Positions 28,594 through 38,587 of a stretch of DNA of 64,000 bases are shown here, piece by piece. The notes below the pieces were generated by a model. That model did not search any database. It was given only the letters and a program-made list of their open reading frames with translations, and was not told the origin of the DNA. The number at the start of each line of letters is the position of its first letter. Position 1 is the stretch's first letter. Origin of the DNA: Bryobacterales bacterium. GTDB taxonomy: Bacteria; Acidobacteriota; Terriglobia; Bryobacterales; UBA6623. Made by a program: the position numbers and the translations under genes. The DNA lies in contig OY729428.2 in assembly GCA_963422375.2 (NCBI GenBank), positions 1,728,001 to 1,792,000 on the forward strand, given 5' to 3'.

Positions 28594-29985
28594 CTATCGC
28601 CTCGCGCCCTTCAGCGCCCCCCTCGGTCTCGATCGCAGGTACGCGGCCACCAACTCGTTGTGTTTGAGGCGAAGCGCCCTCAGCGCCTCGCCGATTGCCG
28701 GCGCGTCATCCTCTCGGACGGGCATTGCCGAGAAGATGAGCGTGCCCATCTCGTCCTCGGACCCGCGTCCCCAGACGACTCGCTTGGGCGGGCTGCTGGG
28801 GTTTCTCGGATTCTCGGCTGAATTGTCGTAGCGTATCCGGGCGTGGATCGTCGCTCCCGCAGGGAGCGTGACGGGCTCCTCGTAAACGTACATGTCCTGC
28901 CAAGCGAAGTCCCAGTCCTTGATCCAAATCAGCGGGACCTCGTCCCCGGATGGCAGTTCGGCCCAAGCCTTGAATTCCTTGCCGATGTAGTGGGCGTGCG
29001 GCGTCACGCCGTACAGCTCCATGTCCGCCGGCAGGGTGAATGACTCTCCGATTTCAAACTCTGTGTCACCCGGAGCGATGTTGATGCCCGCGCCCAAGCC
29101 GAATCGCGGGGGAAGCTGGATCGAGTAGTTGGTGCGCGTCGCGGGCCGGTCCGTGAAGTACAGGGCGACGGCGGAGCGCTCCGTCTCCTCCTTGCCGGAG
29201 GGGTGGAAATGGGACTCGAACAGGAAGTCGCTGCCGGCGGGCAGCTTTCGCGGCGCATCCTCGGGGAAAACCCGGGCGATCCCCCCCAAGGCCCAGCCTC
29301 CTAGGCTGATGCGCCCCGGGATCGAGCCCGAGCCCATCCCGCCGTAGCCGGCCTCCTCGTCCCTGGCGTCCAGCTCGCGTGCCCGGCGGCCCGAAGGGTC
29401 GGCTTTGAATAGGCTGTGATGAACGACGCTTCGGGCCGCCGGGCGGAACTGGAGGGCGCGCAGCCATTTGTCCTCGGCTGTCGGCACCCTGGCGGGAAAG
29501 TTCCTGTAGATGTCCGGGCCGTCCGCCGGAACGGTGTAGGGCACCTCCATCTCCACCACGAGATCCGGTTCGCCCAGCGCCCAGCCCGTCGAGAACTCCG
29601 GCGGCTCGGGGGCTGCTCCGGGGCCCGCGGGGGCACCCTGGTCGACCCAGCGGGCAAGGAGCTCGACCTCAGAGTCGGGCATGCGCCGCTCGCCCTTGAA
29701 CTTGCCGTATCCGGGCTCAGCGTGCCAAGGCGGCATATACCTCGACTGCGTGACGGCGCGGATCAGCTGCGCCCGCTTGGCGACGTCTTCGTACGTCAGC
29801 AGCGAGAACGGCCCGGCCTGTCCCGGCCGGTGGCAGGCGGAGCAGCGCTGGTGGACGATTTGCGCGACATGCTCGTTGAAGGTGACGTCGTCGCCCGTGG
29901 CGACGCGGGCGCTCTCGGCGCCGACGGCTCCTCCGGCCGACGACGTGAGGGCGGCGAGCGCCCATCCGAATACGCGGTTTCTCAT
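28594..29985 (-). CDS. Cytochrome c + copper type II (PHM/DBH-like) monooxygenase domain protein
   Basis: CSACH, MPPW, VVHH, SHFH, PHAH, WDFAWQ, EDEM; start ATG 29985 overlaps the upstream stop. Confidence 0.8.
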   Translation of the reverse strand: MRNRVFGWALAALTSSAGGAVGAESARVATGDDVTFNEHVAQIVHQRCSACHRPGQAGPFSLLTYEDVAKRAQLIRAVTQSRYMPPWHAEPGYGKFKGERRMPDSEVELLARWVDQGAPAGPGAAPEPPEFSTGWALGEPDLVVEMEVPYTVPADGPDIYRNFPARVPTAEDKWLRALQFRPAARSVVHHSLFKADPSGRRARELDARDEEAGYGGMGSGSIPGRISLGGWALGGIARVFPEDAPRKLPAGSDFLFESHFHPSGKEETERSAVALYFTDRPATRTNYSIQLPPRFGLGAGINIAPGDTEFEIGESFTLPADMELYGVTPHAHYIGKEFKAWAELPSGDEVPLIWIKDWDFAWQDMYVYEEPVTLPAGATIHARIRYDNSAENPRNPSSPPKRVVWGRGSEDEMGTLIFSAMPVREDDAPAIGEALRALRLKHNELVAAYLRSRPRGALKGARR

Positions 29986-30551
29986 TTCGGCTCTCCTTGA
30001 CCGAGCAGGTCCAGGGAAGGAATGAAGCACCCGACCGCCTGGGTCCGAGGATTGGAGACTAGCAGTCCGGCCAGCACCTCCTCCAAGGCGGCTCGCAGGT
30101 CTTGCTCGGTCGGCTTTCTGCGGGGCGTTCCCAGCGAGGCGTAGAGGTTGTCGATGCGCCCCCGGTACGCCAGTCTACCGGAGCCGTCAAAGACGGCGGC
30201 CTCGGGGGTGACAGTGGCTCCCGCTAGATCTACGAGTTCGTGCCCGATGTCGCGGATGGCAGCCACCGATATGCCATACTCCCGGCGGTGTCGCCGGACC
30301 GTCGCCTCGTCCGCTGTCGGGTCGATGTAGGCCGTCAGGCACCGCAGCCCCTTCTCGGCATACTTCTTGCAAATCCTGCCGATCTCCGGCACATACCGGT
30401 TCGAGATGGGACAGTCATGTGTCAGGAAGTAAACTACCGTCGCCTTCGCCCCGGGCTCCGTTGGCAGCCGACGGTCGATCCCGTCGATGTCTCGCAGGGT
30501 CAGCGCGGGCGCCGAAAGCGCGACGATTAGCAGCAAGACGCTGGATCGCAT
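29982..30551 (-). CDS. Redoxin/thioredoxin-like exported protein
   Basis: FLTHDCPISNRY, GATVTPEAAV, YRGRIDN, AVGC. Confidence 0.85.
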   Translation of the reverse strand: MRSSVLLLIVALSAPALTLRDIDGIDRRLPTEPGAKATVVYFLTHDCPISNRYVPEIGRICKKYAEKGLRCLTAYIDPTADEATVRRHRREYGISVAAIRDIGHELVDLAGATVTPEAAVFDGSGRLAYRGRIDNLYASLGTPRRKPTEQDLRAALEEVLAGLLVSNPRTQAVGCFIPSLDLLGQGEPK

Positions 30552-30923
30552 AGCCTCGATCTTCGGAGATTGTACCAGTCGGACTGGTCGGGGGCCGGCC
30601 GGACCGTCCGCTGCAGCGCCAGTCGGAGGCGCGTGCCGCCCGCCCTCGCGTCGGTCGGTCGCAGATGTCCTGCTGATCGTGCATCGGCGGCGTCAATCGC
30701 GTTCCAGTCCGGCCGGGAATCGGGGGCGGCAAGGCCCGCGTCGGTTCTCGGCCGTTCGGGCTCCGACTGGCCGAGGAACTGCGGCAGGTTCCTATCATCC
30801 GGCTGATTGGCCGCTTGGCAAGTGCGATTCGCAACGCGGTATCCGCCGCGGTGATCTATAATATCAGCGAGCCCAGCCCCGCGTGGATTGGTCCGGACGG
30901 GCGGCCGACACTGGAATTGCACC

Positions 30924-33566
30924 ATGTGCCGTAGGCAAGATCGTCGAACCGTCGGGGCCTTGGTGGCCTGCTTGGTCGCGGCTCCCGCCTCGCTCGCCGG
31001 TACCCTGCCAGACGAGATCTATAGGTCCACGATTCAGCCGACGTTGAAGGATCAGTGCCTCGGCTGCCACGGGGAGGGCAACTTGCTCGGCGAACTGGAC
31101 CTTCGCACCCGCGAGTCGGCTCTCAAGGGCGGAAAGCGGGGTCCCGCGATTGTCAGCGGCGACCCGGATGCCAGCCTGCTAGTGCGCGTGATCGACCATT
31201 CCGGCGAGCTGCAGATGCCGCCGGGCGGAGCGGAAAAGCGCCTGTCCGACGAGGCGGTCGGGGCGTTTCGCGCGTGGATCGCGGGCGGCGCGCCCTTCGA
31301 GGAGGTTGCCACCGCCGCAAACTGGGAGTTCGATGAAGAGGATCTCTGGGCGTTCCGTCCCGTTGAGCGCGTCGAGCCGCCGACCGGCCTCGCCCTTGCC
31401 GAGGGGGTCAGCACGCCTGTCGACAGCTTCATGTTGGCAAAGCTTGCCGAGAACGGTCTCGATCCGGGGCCGAGGGCGGACAAGCTGACTCTGATTCGCA
31501 GGGTGACGTTTGACCTGACGGGCCTGCCCCCGACACCCCGCGAGGTGTCCGCGTTTCTCCGCGACGAGTCGGACGGAGCCTATAAAGCACTGGTCGAGCG
31601 TCTGCTCGACTCCCCCCGGTACGGCGAGAAATGGGGCCGCCACTGGCTCGACGTGACCCGCTACGCCGACACGGCAGGGTATTCCAACGATTTCGAGCAG
31701 CCCAACGCTTGGCGCTACAGGGATTACGTAATCCGCAGCTTCAACACGGACAAGCCCTACAACCGCTTCGTGCTCGAGCAGATCGCCGGGGACGAGCTGT
31801 TCCCCGGCGATCCCGAAGCGATCATCGCGACCGGATTCCTGCGAACCGGCCCTTGGGAGCACACGGGGATGTCGGTGGCAGCTGTCACGCGCCAGCTCTT
31901 CCTCGACGATGTCACCCACCATGTCGGCCAGTCATTTCTCGGACTGACGCTGGGCTGCGCCCGCTGCCACGACCACAAGTTCGATCCCATCCCCACCAAG
32001 GACTACTACCGCATGCAGGCCGTGTTCGCCCGCACGGCTTTCGCCCGTCGCCCGCTAGCGTTCCTGCCTTCCGAATCGCAAGAGGGCCTTGTCCAGGGAA
32101 GGGTGCCGTTCGACGCGCGGCTCGGTGAACTCGAGCGACGCATGCACGACCTCCACGAAGCTGCCCGGGAGAGGCTCGCGACCGAAAAGGGTGCCGAGGT
32201 TGCCGCCAGGGCGTCCAGCGGCGTCCTGCAGCGCTACATGGGCAAGGAGCAGGCCGAGCTGCTGAAGCTGCTGCGCAAGCGCGTCACGATGCACAAGCTT
32301 TCGATGCTGCGGTTCGAGCCGCTGGCCATGACGGTGACCAACGGCCTCGTCGCCGAGTGGGACACCGTCGCGGCGCGCAACACCTACATGCGGGCGAAGG
32401 AATACGACAGTGCGAGAACTTTCGTGCTGGTGGGCGGGGACATCCAGGCGCCTTCCGAGGAGGTTGCGCCGGGGGTGCTCGCGGCTGTCGAGCGGTATTC
32501 GGACCTGCCGGCCCCGCAGGTGCCCGCGTCCTCGGACGGCCGCCGCTCGGCGCTGGCTGAGTGGATCGCGGACCCGCGCAACCCGCTCACGGCCCGGGTG
32601 ATGGTGAATCGCATCTGGCAGTACCATTTCGGCCGGGGACTGGCCGCGAACGCGAATAACTTCGGCAAGACTGGCAAGAAGCCGACGCACCCGGAGCTGC
32701 TCGACTGGCTGGCCGGGTTCTTCGTGGACCAGGGTTGGAGCGTCAAGGCGGTGCATCGGGTGATCCTCAATTCCGAGGCGTACCGGCGGTCGAGCCAGCA
32801 TCCGGCGCGCCAAGTGCTGGACCGGGCAGACCCTGACAACCGGTATCTGGCGCGATTCTCCCCGCGACGACTCCAGGCCGAGGAAATCCGCGACAGCATG
32901 CTCGCTGTTGCGGGAGAGCTTAGCGCCTCGGCCGGCGGGCCCGGCACCTATCCACAGATCAACGCCGCCGTGGCCCGCCAGCCGCGTCACGCCCAAGGGA
33001 CGCTGCAGCCGCTGTACGAGGCCGAGCCGACGCGCCGGAGGCGCAACCGCCGATCCGTCTACAGCTTCCAGCAACGCAGCCTGCTGGATCCCATGGTCGA
33101 GGTGTTCAACGGCGCGAATCCCGACCTGACCTGCGAGCGGCGCGAGACCTCGACCGTGCCGACGCAGGCCTTCGCCCTGCTCAACGCCGAGCAGTCGAGG
33201 GACATGGCCCTGATCATGGCCCGCCGCTTGGCGGCGGAGCCGCCTCGGAGCCGGGTTGACCGGGCCTTTCTCCTCGCCTACGGTCGGCTGCCGACGGACG
33301 AGGAACGCGGCTGGACGACGGAATTCCTCGGGGAGATGGCCGAGCATCATGCCGCCAATCCGGTCTCGCCGAGGCGACCCCCCGACGACGTGGTGCATCA
33401 CATCACGAGCGAGCTGACGGGCGAGCGGTTCGAGTTCGTCCAGCCGGCCTACACGGGGCCCTACGAGCACAACCCGCATCCCAGTGAGGCCTCGCCCGAG
33501 ACCCGCGCCCTGGCGGATCTGACGCTGGCCCTCTTCAACTCCAACGAATTCGCCTACGTGTACTGA
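30924..33566 (+). CDS. PSD1/planctomycete cytochrome c protein (DUF1549+DUF1553)
   Basis: CLGCH, WAFRP, YGEKWGRHWLDV, CARCHDHKFDPI, NPLTARVMVNRIWQ, PTHPELLDWLA, NSNEF. Confidence 0.93.
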   Translation: MCRRQDRRTVGALVACLVAAPASLAGTLPDEIYRSTIQPTLKDQCLGCHGEGNLLGELDLRTRESALKGGKRGPAIVSGDPDASLLVRVIDHSGELQMPPGGAEKRLSDEAVGAFRAWIAGGAPFEEVATAANWEFDEEDLWAFRPVERVEPPTGLALAEGVSTPVDSFMLAKLAENGLDPGPRADKLTLIRRVTFDLTGLPPTPREVSAFLRDESDGAYKALVERLLDSPRYGEKWGRHWLDVTRYADTAGYSNDFEQPNAWRYRDYVIRSFNTDKPYNRFVLEQIAGDELFPGDPEAIIATGFLRTGPWEHTGMSVAAVTRQLFLDDVTHHVGQSFLGLTLGCARCHDHKFDPIPTKDYYRMQAVFARTAFARRPLAFLPSESQEGLVQGRVPFDARLGELERRMHDLHEAARERLATEKGAEVAARASSGVLQRYMGKEQAELLKLLRKRVTMHKLSMLRFEPLAMTVTNGLVAEWDTVAARNTYMRAKEYDSARTFVLVGGDIQAPSEEVAPGVLAAVERYSDLPAPQVPASSDGRRSALAEWIADPRNPLTARVMVNRIWQYHFGRGLAANANNFGKTGKKPTHPELLDWLAGFFVDQGWSVKAVHRVILNSEAYRRSSQHPARQVLDRADPDNRYLARFSPRRLQAEEIRDSMLAVAGELSASAGGPGTYPQINAAVARQPRHAQGTLQPLYEAEPTRRRRNRRSVYSFQQRSLLDPMVEVFNGANPDLTCERRETSTVPTQAFALLNAEQSRDMALIMARRLAAEPPRSRVDRAFLLAYGRLPTDEERGWTTEFLGEMAEHHAANPVSPRRPPDDVVHHITSELTGERFEFVQPAYTGPYEHNPHPSEASPETRALADLTLALFNSNEFAYVY

Positions 33567-33568
33567 TC

Positions 33569-34990
33569 ATGAAGCGCCAAGTGTTCACCGCGCGACCCTC
33601 CCGTCGCGACCTGCTGTACCACTCCGGCATGGGGCTGGGAGCCGTCGCGCTGTCGGGCATGCTTCACCGGGACAGCGCTCAGGCGAGCCCGCTCGCCGCG
33701 AAGCGCGGGCACCACGAGGCGAAGGCTAGAAACTGCATCTTTCTCCTGATGGAGGGCGGGCCGAGCCATATCGACACATTCGATCCCAAGCACAAGCTCG
33801 CCGAGCTCCACATGACGGAGTTCGTCAAGGAGCGCAACAAGTTCGAGGCGAGCATGAACACGGGCAAGCGGTACTTCGTCCGCAGCCCCTTCGAATTCCG
33901 TCGCGCCGGCGGGCTAGGGATCGAGATCAACGCCAAGCTCCGCAACTTCGCCACGTGCGTTGATGACATCTGCTTCTACCGCGGGCTTCAAGCGACTTCG
34001 GTGAACCATCCCACAGCGTTGTACCACCTGAACACGGGCAACCGCTTCGGCGGTGACCCGGCGTTCGGTTCCTGGGTGACCTACGGACTCGGCACGGAGA
34101 ATCAGAACCTGCCGGGATTCGTCGTGCTCCCCGACCTTGCGTATCCGCAGGGTGGCGCGGGCAACTGGTCCAACGGATTCCTCCCTGCGCACTACCAAGG
34201 GACTCCGTTGCGCTCGCAAGGCTCGCCGGTGCTGGACATGCGCCCGCCGGAGCACGTGACGCAGGCGCAGCAGCGAGGCACGCTCGATCTGCTCGGGAAG
34301 CTGAATCGCAGGCACATGGAGCGCCATCCGGACCACGACGACCTCGCCGCTCGGATCGAAAGCTACGAGCTTGCGTTTCGCATGCAGGCCGAGATGCCGG
34401 AGGCGATCGACATCGACTCGGAGCCCGAAGCGACCAAGGCCCTGTACGGCGTCGGATCGGACGATTTCGAGGTCGATTCCATCGGGCGGCGCTGCCTGCT
34501 CGCCCGGCGCTTGGTCGAGCGGGGGGTCCGGTTCGTGCAGGTTATGGTCGCCGGATGGGACTCGCACGACTACATCGAAAAGGCCCACGGAACTAGGCTC
34601 GACTCGATCGACCGGCCCGTTTCCGGCCTGCTCAAGGATCTCAAGCGCACGGGCTTGCTGGATGAGACCTTGGTCGTCTGGTCCGGCGAGTTCGGTCGGT
34701 CGCCGGACAATGGAATTCGCGGAGGCGGTGCGGCTTGGGGCCGCGACCACAACGCTCCGGCCATGGCCTTCTGGATGGCGGGGGGCGGAGCGCCGCAGGG
34801 CCGGATCGTCGGAGCGACGGACGAGACCGGGCGGACCGCCGTCGAGGTGGTGCATCCGATCCGGGACATGCACGTCACTCTGCTGCACCTGCTCGGCTTG
34901 GATGATGCTAGGCTGACGTACTTCGCCCAAGGCCGGGACAAGCAGCTGAGCCAGACGGGCGGGGAACCCATTAGGGAATTGGTGGCATAG
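33569..34990 (+). CDS. DUF1501 (sulfatase-like, Tat-exported) protein
   Basis: SRRDLL, MEGGPSHIDTFDPK, YGLGTENQNLP, LLARRLVERGVRFV, GEFGRSP, GRDH. Confidence 0.93.
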   Translation: MKRQVFTARPSRRDLLYHSGMGLGAVALSGMLHRDSAQASPLAAKRGHHEAKARNCIFLLMEGGPSHIDTFDPKHKLAELHMTEFVKERNKFEASMNTGKRYFVRSPFEFRRAGGLGIEINAKLRNFATCVDDICFYRGLQATSVNHPTALYHLNTGNRFGGDPAFGSWVTYGLGTENQNLPGFVVLPDLAYPQGGAGNWSNGFLPAHYQGTPLRSQGSPVLDMRPPEHVTQAQQRGTLDLLGKLNRRHMERHPDHDDLAARIESYELAFRMQAEMPEAIDIDSEPEATKALYGVGSDDFEVDSIGRRCLLARRLVERGVRFVQVMVAGWDSHDYIEKAHGTRLDSIDRPVSGLLKDLKRTGLLDETLVVWSGEFGRSPDNGIRGGGAAWGRDHNAPAMAFWMAGGGAPQGRIVGATDETGRTAVEVVHPIRDMHVTLLHLLGLDDARLTYFAQGRDKQLSQTGGEPIRELVA

Positions 34991-35260
34991 CGTCGCCCCG
35001 GCGAAGGCTAGTCCAGGCTTCTAGGGCTCCTCGATACCGCAGGACGGGCCGTTCACGAGTCGGCTCCGGGACGGGCGGCGCTGCCCCTCCGAGTGCAGTC
35101 GGCAAGTCGGTTCCTCCCGGCAGGTGCCCGGGGTGCCCGCCGAAGTCCCGGCGGACCTGCAGTCATCCGGGGCAGTATTTCCGGCGGCCGAGCATTTCTC
35201 TAGAATCGGCCCAGTAGCGGGTTGGCGCAGCGCGACCGGATTGTGTCCAGCCGGCCTTCG

Positions 35261-35278
35261 CCCCCCCCCCCCCCCCCC
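35261..35278. repeat. C18 homopolymer tract
   Basis: 18 consecutive C in intergenic DNA. Confidence 0.9.
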
Positions 35279-35856
35279 GCACCGCGGGCGCTGAGCTCCC
35301 GCCGACCCTCCTTGGCGCCCGGCCCCTGCCGAGCCCGTCCTAGCCAGAAGGAACTAACGGAGCCCACTTCGGAGAGGCTGTGTGGTGCGTCTGGGGTTTT
35401 CTGGCTCGGCGAGGGGGTCCTCCGCTCCCCTTCGAGGACGGAACTCGCCGCTGCCCAACGCCAATGCACGCTTCGACCGCGAAAGTGAGGGATTTTGAGC
35501 AGGCTATGCGATTACGGCATGAGCTTGACGGCTGAGCCTGGATTACGCCGAGGGAATCAGGCTAGCGCCCTCCGCCCGCTGGCAGCCCGTGGAAGACCGC
35601 TCGCGCTCCTCACTCCGAGGGGTGACCCCTGCTGGGAGCAGAGCGCAGTGAACCTCAGGTCTGCCCGATCTCGGGGCGACAGGGACGGTAGTGTGCAGCG
35701 CCGGCACGCGTAGCCGCTCGACTGGTGACCGCCCGACCGAGGGGCTCGGCTGATCGCCGACTCGGGATCAGGGGGTGGAGTCTCAGGACGCGCCGACTCC
35801 CAACGAAACATCGCATCCCCCTCGTGCGTCGAATCACACACCAACGGAGGAGTTGC

Positions 35857-37638
35857 ATGACCTCAGCCTCTCAATCAGAACTGTTTCGGCTCGCCGCTTC
35901 GGTCGATCGCGACTGCCCGGACCCAGCGGCCGAGATTCTGGCGCGCGATGCTCTGGAGTGGGCGGCGAGAGATGTCTGCAGCCCTCTCCCGCCTTCGTCG
36001 AGCATGATGCAGCCGTTTTCCTTTCGGTCCGGCAACGCCAGATGCACCGTCGCCCGGGCAACTGAGGATGACCTCGACCTGTGGGCGATGAGGACGGACG
36101 CGCCGGACGCCAAGTTTCCGGAACTCATCCGCAGCACTGAGGTGGTCGTCGAACACCGTGCCGGTGGGGGCACCGCGCTCACTGTTCGTCAGCTTGTGGA
36201 CCGCAATCAGCACAATTTCGCACTCCTTCCGGAAGTCCCGGGTTTCGTGCATTCGGCGAGCACGCGAATTCCCCTCGTCGTGGGGAACGACAAACTCAAC
36301 TCCAAGCCTTGGACGGTCGATTCGGCGGAGGGCTGCTGGAATCTGATTGAGACACTCCTTGACAACGACAGGGCTTTCCCAGTCGTGATTGTGACCGAGC
36401 TTGGCGCGGGATCGGCGACTGCATCCCTGATACCGATTGCCCCGGAGCCGCTGGCTCGCGCAACAGTCGGATTGGCGACTGTTGTCGTGCTGGCGCAAGC
36501 ATACACGCACCAGTTGACGGACCACGTTGGCCGGAATCTCTCGGTGTTCGGAGGCGGCGCCCGAATCTACCGCCCCGGATTCGATCACGGGGCGGATCGG
36601 AATGTGCATAAGCTGTGGCTTCCTGAAAGGCTCAAAGAGGCATCATCTCGAGCACAGGCTATTGCTGAAATTCGTCGCATCGCCGCCAAGGACAGCAGGG
36701 AACGATTCCGCAACGACTTGATTGCGTTTGGCGATGTGCAGGCGAGATGTGCAGACACCGATCAGCCCACTCTTGGCTCGGCGAGATCCAATGCGTTGAA
36801 GAATGTGGCCGAAGGATTCTCGCGTCGGATTCAAGCTGCAATCGCTGGGCTTGTACGCGTGGTAGGTCCCACGAAGGCAGCTATTGAACTCGAAGGAGCG
36901 AGAATCCGTATCACGGACCTGCAGAGCCGGAACGAAGCGCTGGAGCAGCGGATCGCGCGAATCGTCGCTGATCACGAGAAGACATCCGTCGAACTCGTGA
37001 AGTCGAAGAGTCAGATTGACGGCCTGCAGGCTCAGGCCGCTAAGTCGAGGCGGGCCATCAAGTCCATGCAGTCCGAGCGGAAGCAATTGGAAGGGACGAT
37101 CAGCTGGCTTTCACGGGAGCACGACGTTGCCGAGAAGCAGGGCAAGAAAACTCGGGCGGAGGTGTCCAAGGTAGTCCAGCGCAACAAGACGCTGGAGCGA
37201 CAGATCGCGCTGATCGTCCCGGACTGGGAGCGTGACCTCCCGGTGGCATGGGAGGAGTTTCCCGCTTGGTGCGAAGACGCGTTAGCAGGCAGAGTCATGC
37301 TCTTGGAGCAAGCGAAGCGCGAGATCAAGAAGGCTAGATTCGGCGATGTCGTGCTGGGCGCTCGCGGCGTTCTCTGGCTTGGGAGGGACTACAGGGCGCG
37401 ACGCAGAAACGGAGGGAACGGCGATCTTCTCGGGCCGATCCTTGACGGCAAGCTGTTCAACGCCCGATGCGGGAACACGAGGTTCTCCGTGTCGTGGTGC
37501 GGGCGGCAGATGCCGGTGGACTGGCATCTCAAGAACGGCGGCAACACGCACGATCCGACTCGGTGCCTCCGCATCTACTATCTATGGGACGATGTTAACG
37601 ACCAAGTTGTGATCGTCTCCATGCCTGCCCACCGCTAG
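35857..37638 (+). CDS. Hypothetical protein: N-terminal alpha/beta domain, long coiled coil, C-terminal HLK..G..DP..CLRIYY domain
   Basis: GGAGGAG RBS before ATG 35857; about 130-aa heptad-rich region; WHLKNGGNTHDPTRCLRIYYLWD...VVIVSMPAH. Confidence 0.75.
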   Translation: MTSASQSELFRLAASVDRDCPDPAAEILARDALEWAARDVCSPLPPSSSMMQPFSFRSGNARCTVARATEDDLDLWAMRTDAPDAKFPELIRSTEVVVEHRAGGGTALTVRQLVDRNQHNFALLPEVPGFVHSASTRIPLVVGNDKLNSKPWTVDSAEGCWNLIETLLDNDRAFPVVIVTELGAGSATASLIPIAPEPLARATVGLATVVVLAQAYTHQLTDHVGRNLSVFGGGARIYRPGFDHGADRNVHKLWLPERLKEASSRAQAIAEIRRIAAKDSRERFRNDLIAFGDVQARCADTDQPTLGSARSNALKNVAEGFSRRIQAAIAGLVRVVGPTKAAIELEGARIRITDLQSRNEALEQRIARIVADHEKTSVELVKSKSQIDGLQAQAAKSRRAIKSMQSERKQLEGTISWLSREHDVAEKQGKKTRAEVSKVVQRNKTLERQIALIVPDWERDLPVAWEEFPAWCEDALAGRVMLLEQAKREIKKARFGDVVLGARGVLWLGRDYRARRRNGGNGDLLGPILDGKLFNARCGNTRFSVSWCGRQMPVDWHLKNGGNTHDPTRCLRIYYLWDDVNDQVVIVSMPAHR

Positions 37639-38170
37639 GTGCCGGACCGAGCACCGGTACGGTGCATTTCCCGCCAGTGCTACACGAATGCTGACCTGAT
37701 CGGCGTCCGAGCCACGGGGTTGCCGATCATCTTGGACTGGAGTGTCGCTCAAGCGGTCCACCATAGAGGGGGGCTGACGGCCGCGCTCTAGCGAGGCTTC
37801 AACTCCGGCCAGTGAGTGACGGAACCTCCAGAAATAACGGGGTCGATGGGCGCTGGCCCGGCCATCTACGAGACACCGCCGTGAAGAGACTCGCGGGCGA
37901 GTACGAAGTTGCCAAGGGAGTCTGCTGGATGTACACGTGTGGGGCTTGTCGGGCCTTGGTTCGGAACATTGATCGCTTGGCATTGGGTTGGTCTTCGGAT
38001 TGACTAGCAAGAATCCTCCGCGTATCACCGTCGGATCCATTGATCAACCGGCGCGGCATGCCTAGCCCGCGACAGCATCAAGGAACCGCCTCGGGATGTT
38101 CATCAAGCCTCTAGATCGCACATCAAATGGGGCTCCTATCACCGACTATACGTCGGGGTGATTTTAGTTT

Positions 38171-38587
38171 GTGGAATCATTTATCTGAGTGTCTAAGCAG
38201 CCAATGCGGCGAAATAATTAAGGCATCAGATAATCTCATATTTCTTCCCTATATCTGGTGATATTCGGTGGATTATCTTGGTAGAATAGTCTTAGTATAT
38301 GAGTCTATAAATGAAGAAGATATGTCGTAGAAAGGGAATTTGTAAAATCATCACTTTATCCAAATGATCGCCATGTTTCCCGATGACGAATCCACGGAAA
38401 CATGGTTCGCCCCCATGCGCTGGCCGAACGGCCCGTGTGCTCCCTCTGCCTCGGCTCCGGCGTGCAGTCCGGCACGGCCCACCCTTCGATGCCGAACCGT
38501 TGATCCGGCTGCGGCAAGCGCTTCTCGGTGCGCACCGGCAGCGTGATGGCCGACACCGAGCTCGGCTACCGCATTTGGGCCATGGCC
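38171..38587 (+). mobile_element. Degenerate left fragment of IS1595-family element (type A)
   Basis: Decayed TIR GTGGAATCATTTATCTGAGTGTC; homologous to the 40285 and 53871 left ends and transposase 5' part; cut by the ISNCY at 38588. Confidence 0.75.

Noticed and set aside
37640..38170. Small ORFs downstream of the 35857 gene
   Set aside because: Short, no motifs, no convincing RBS
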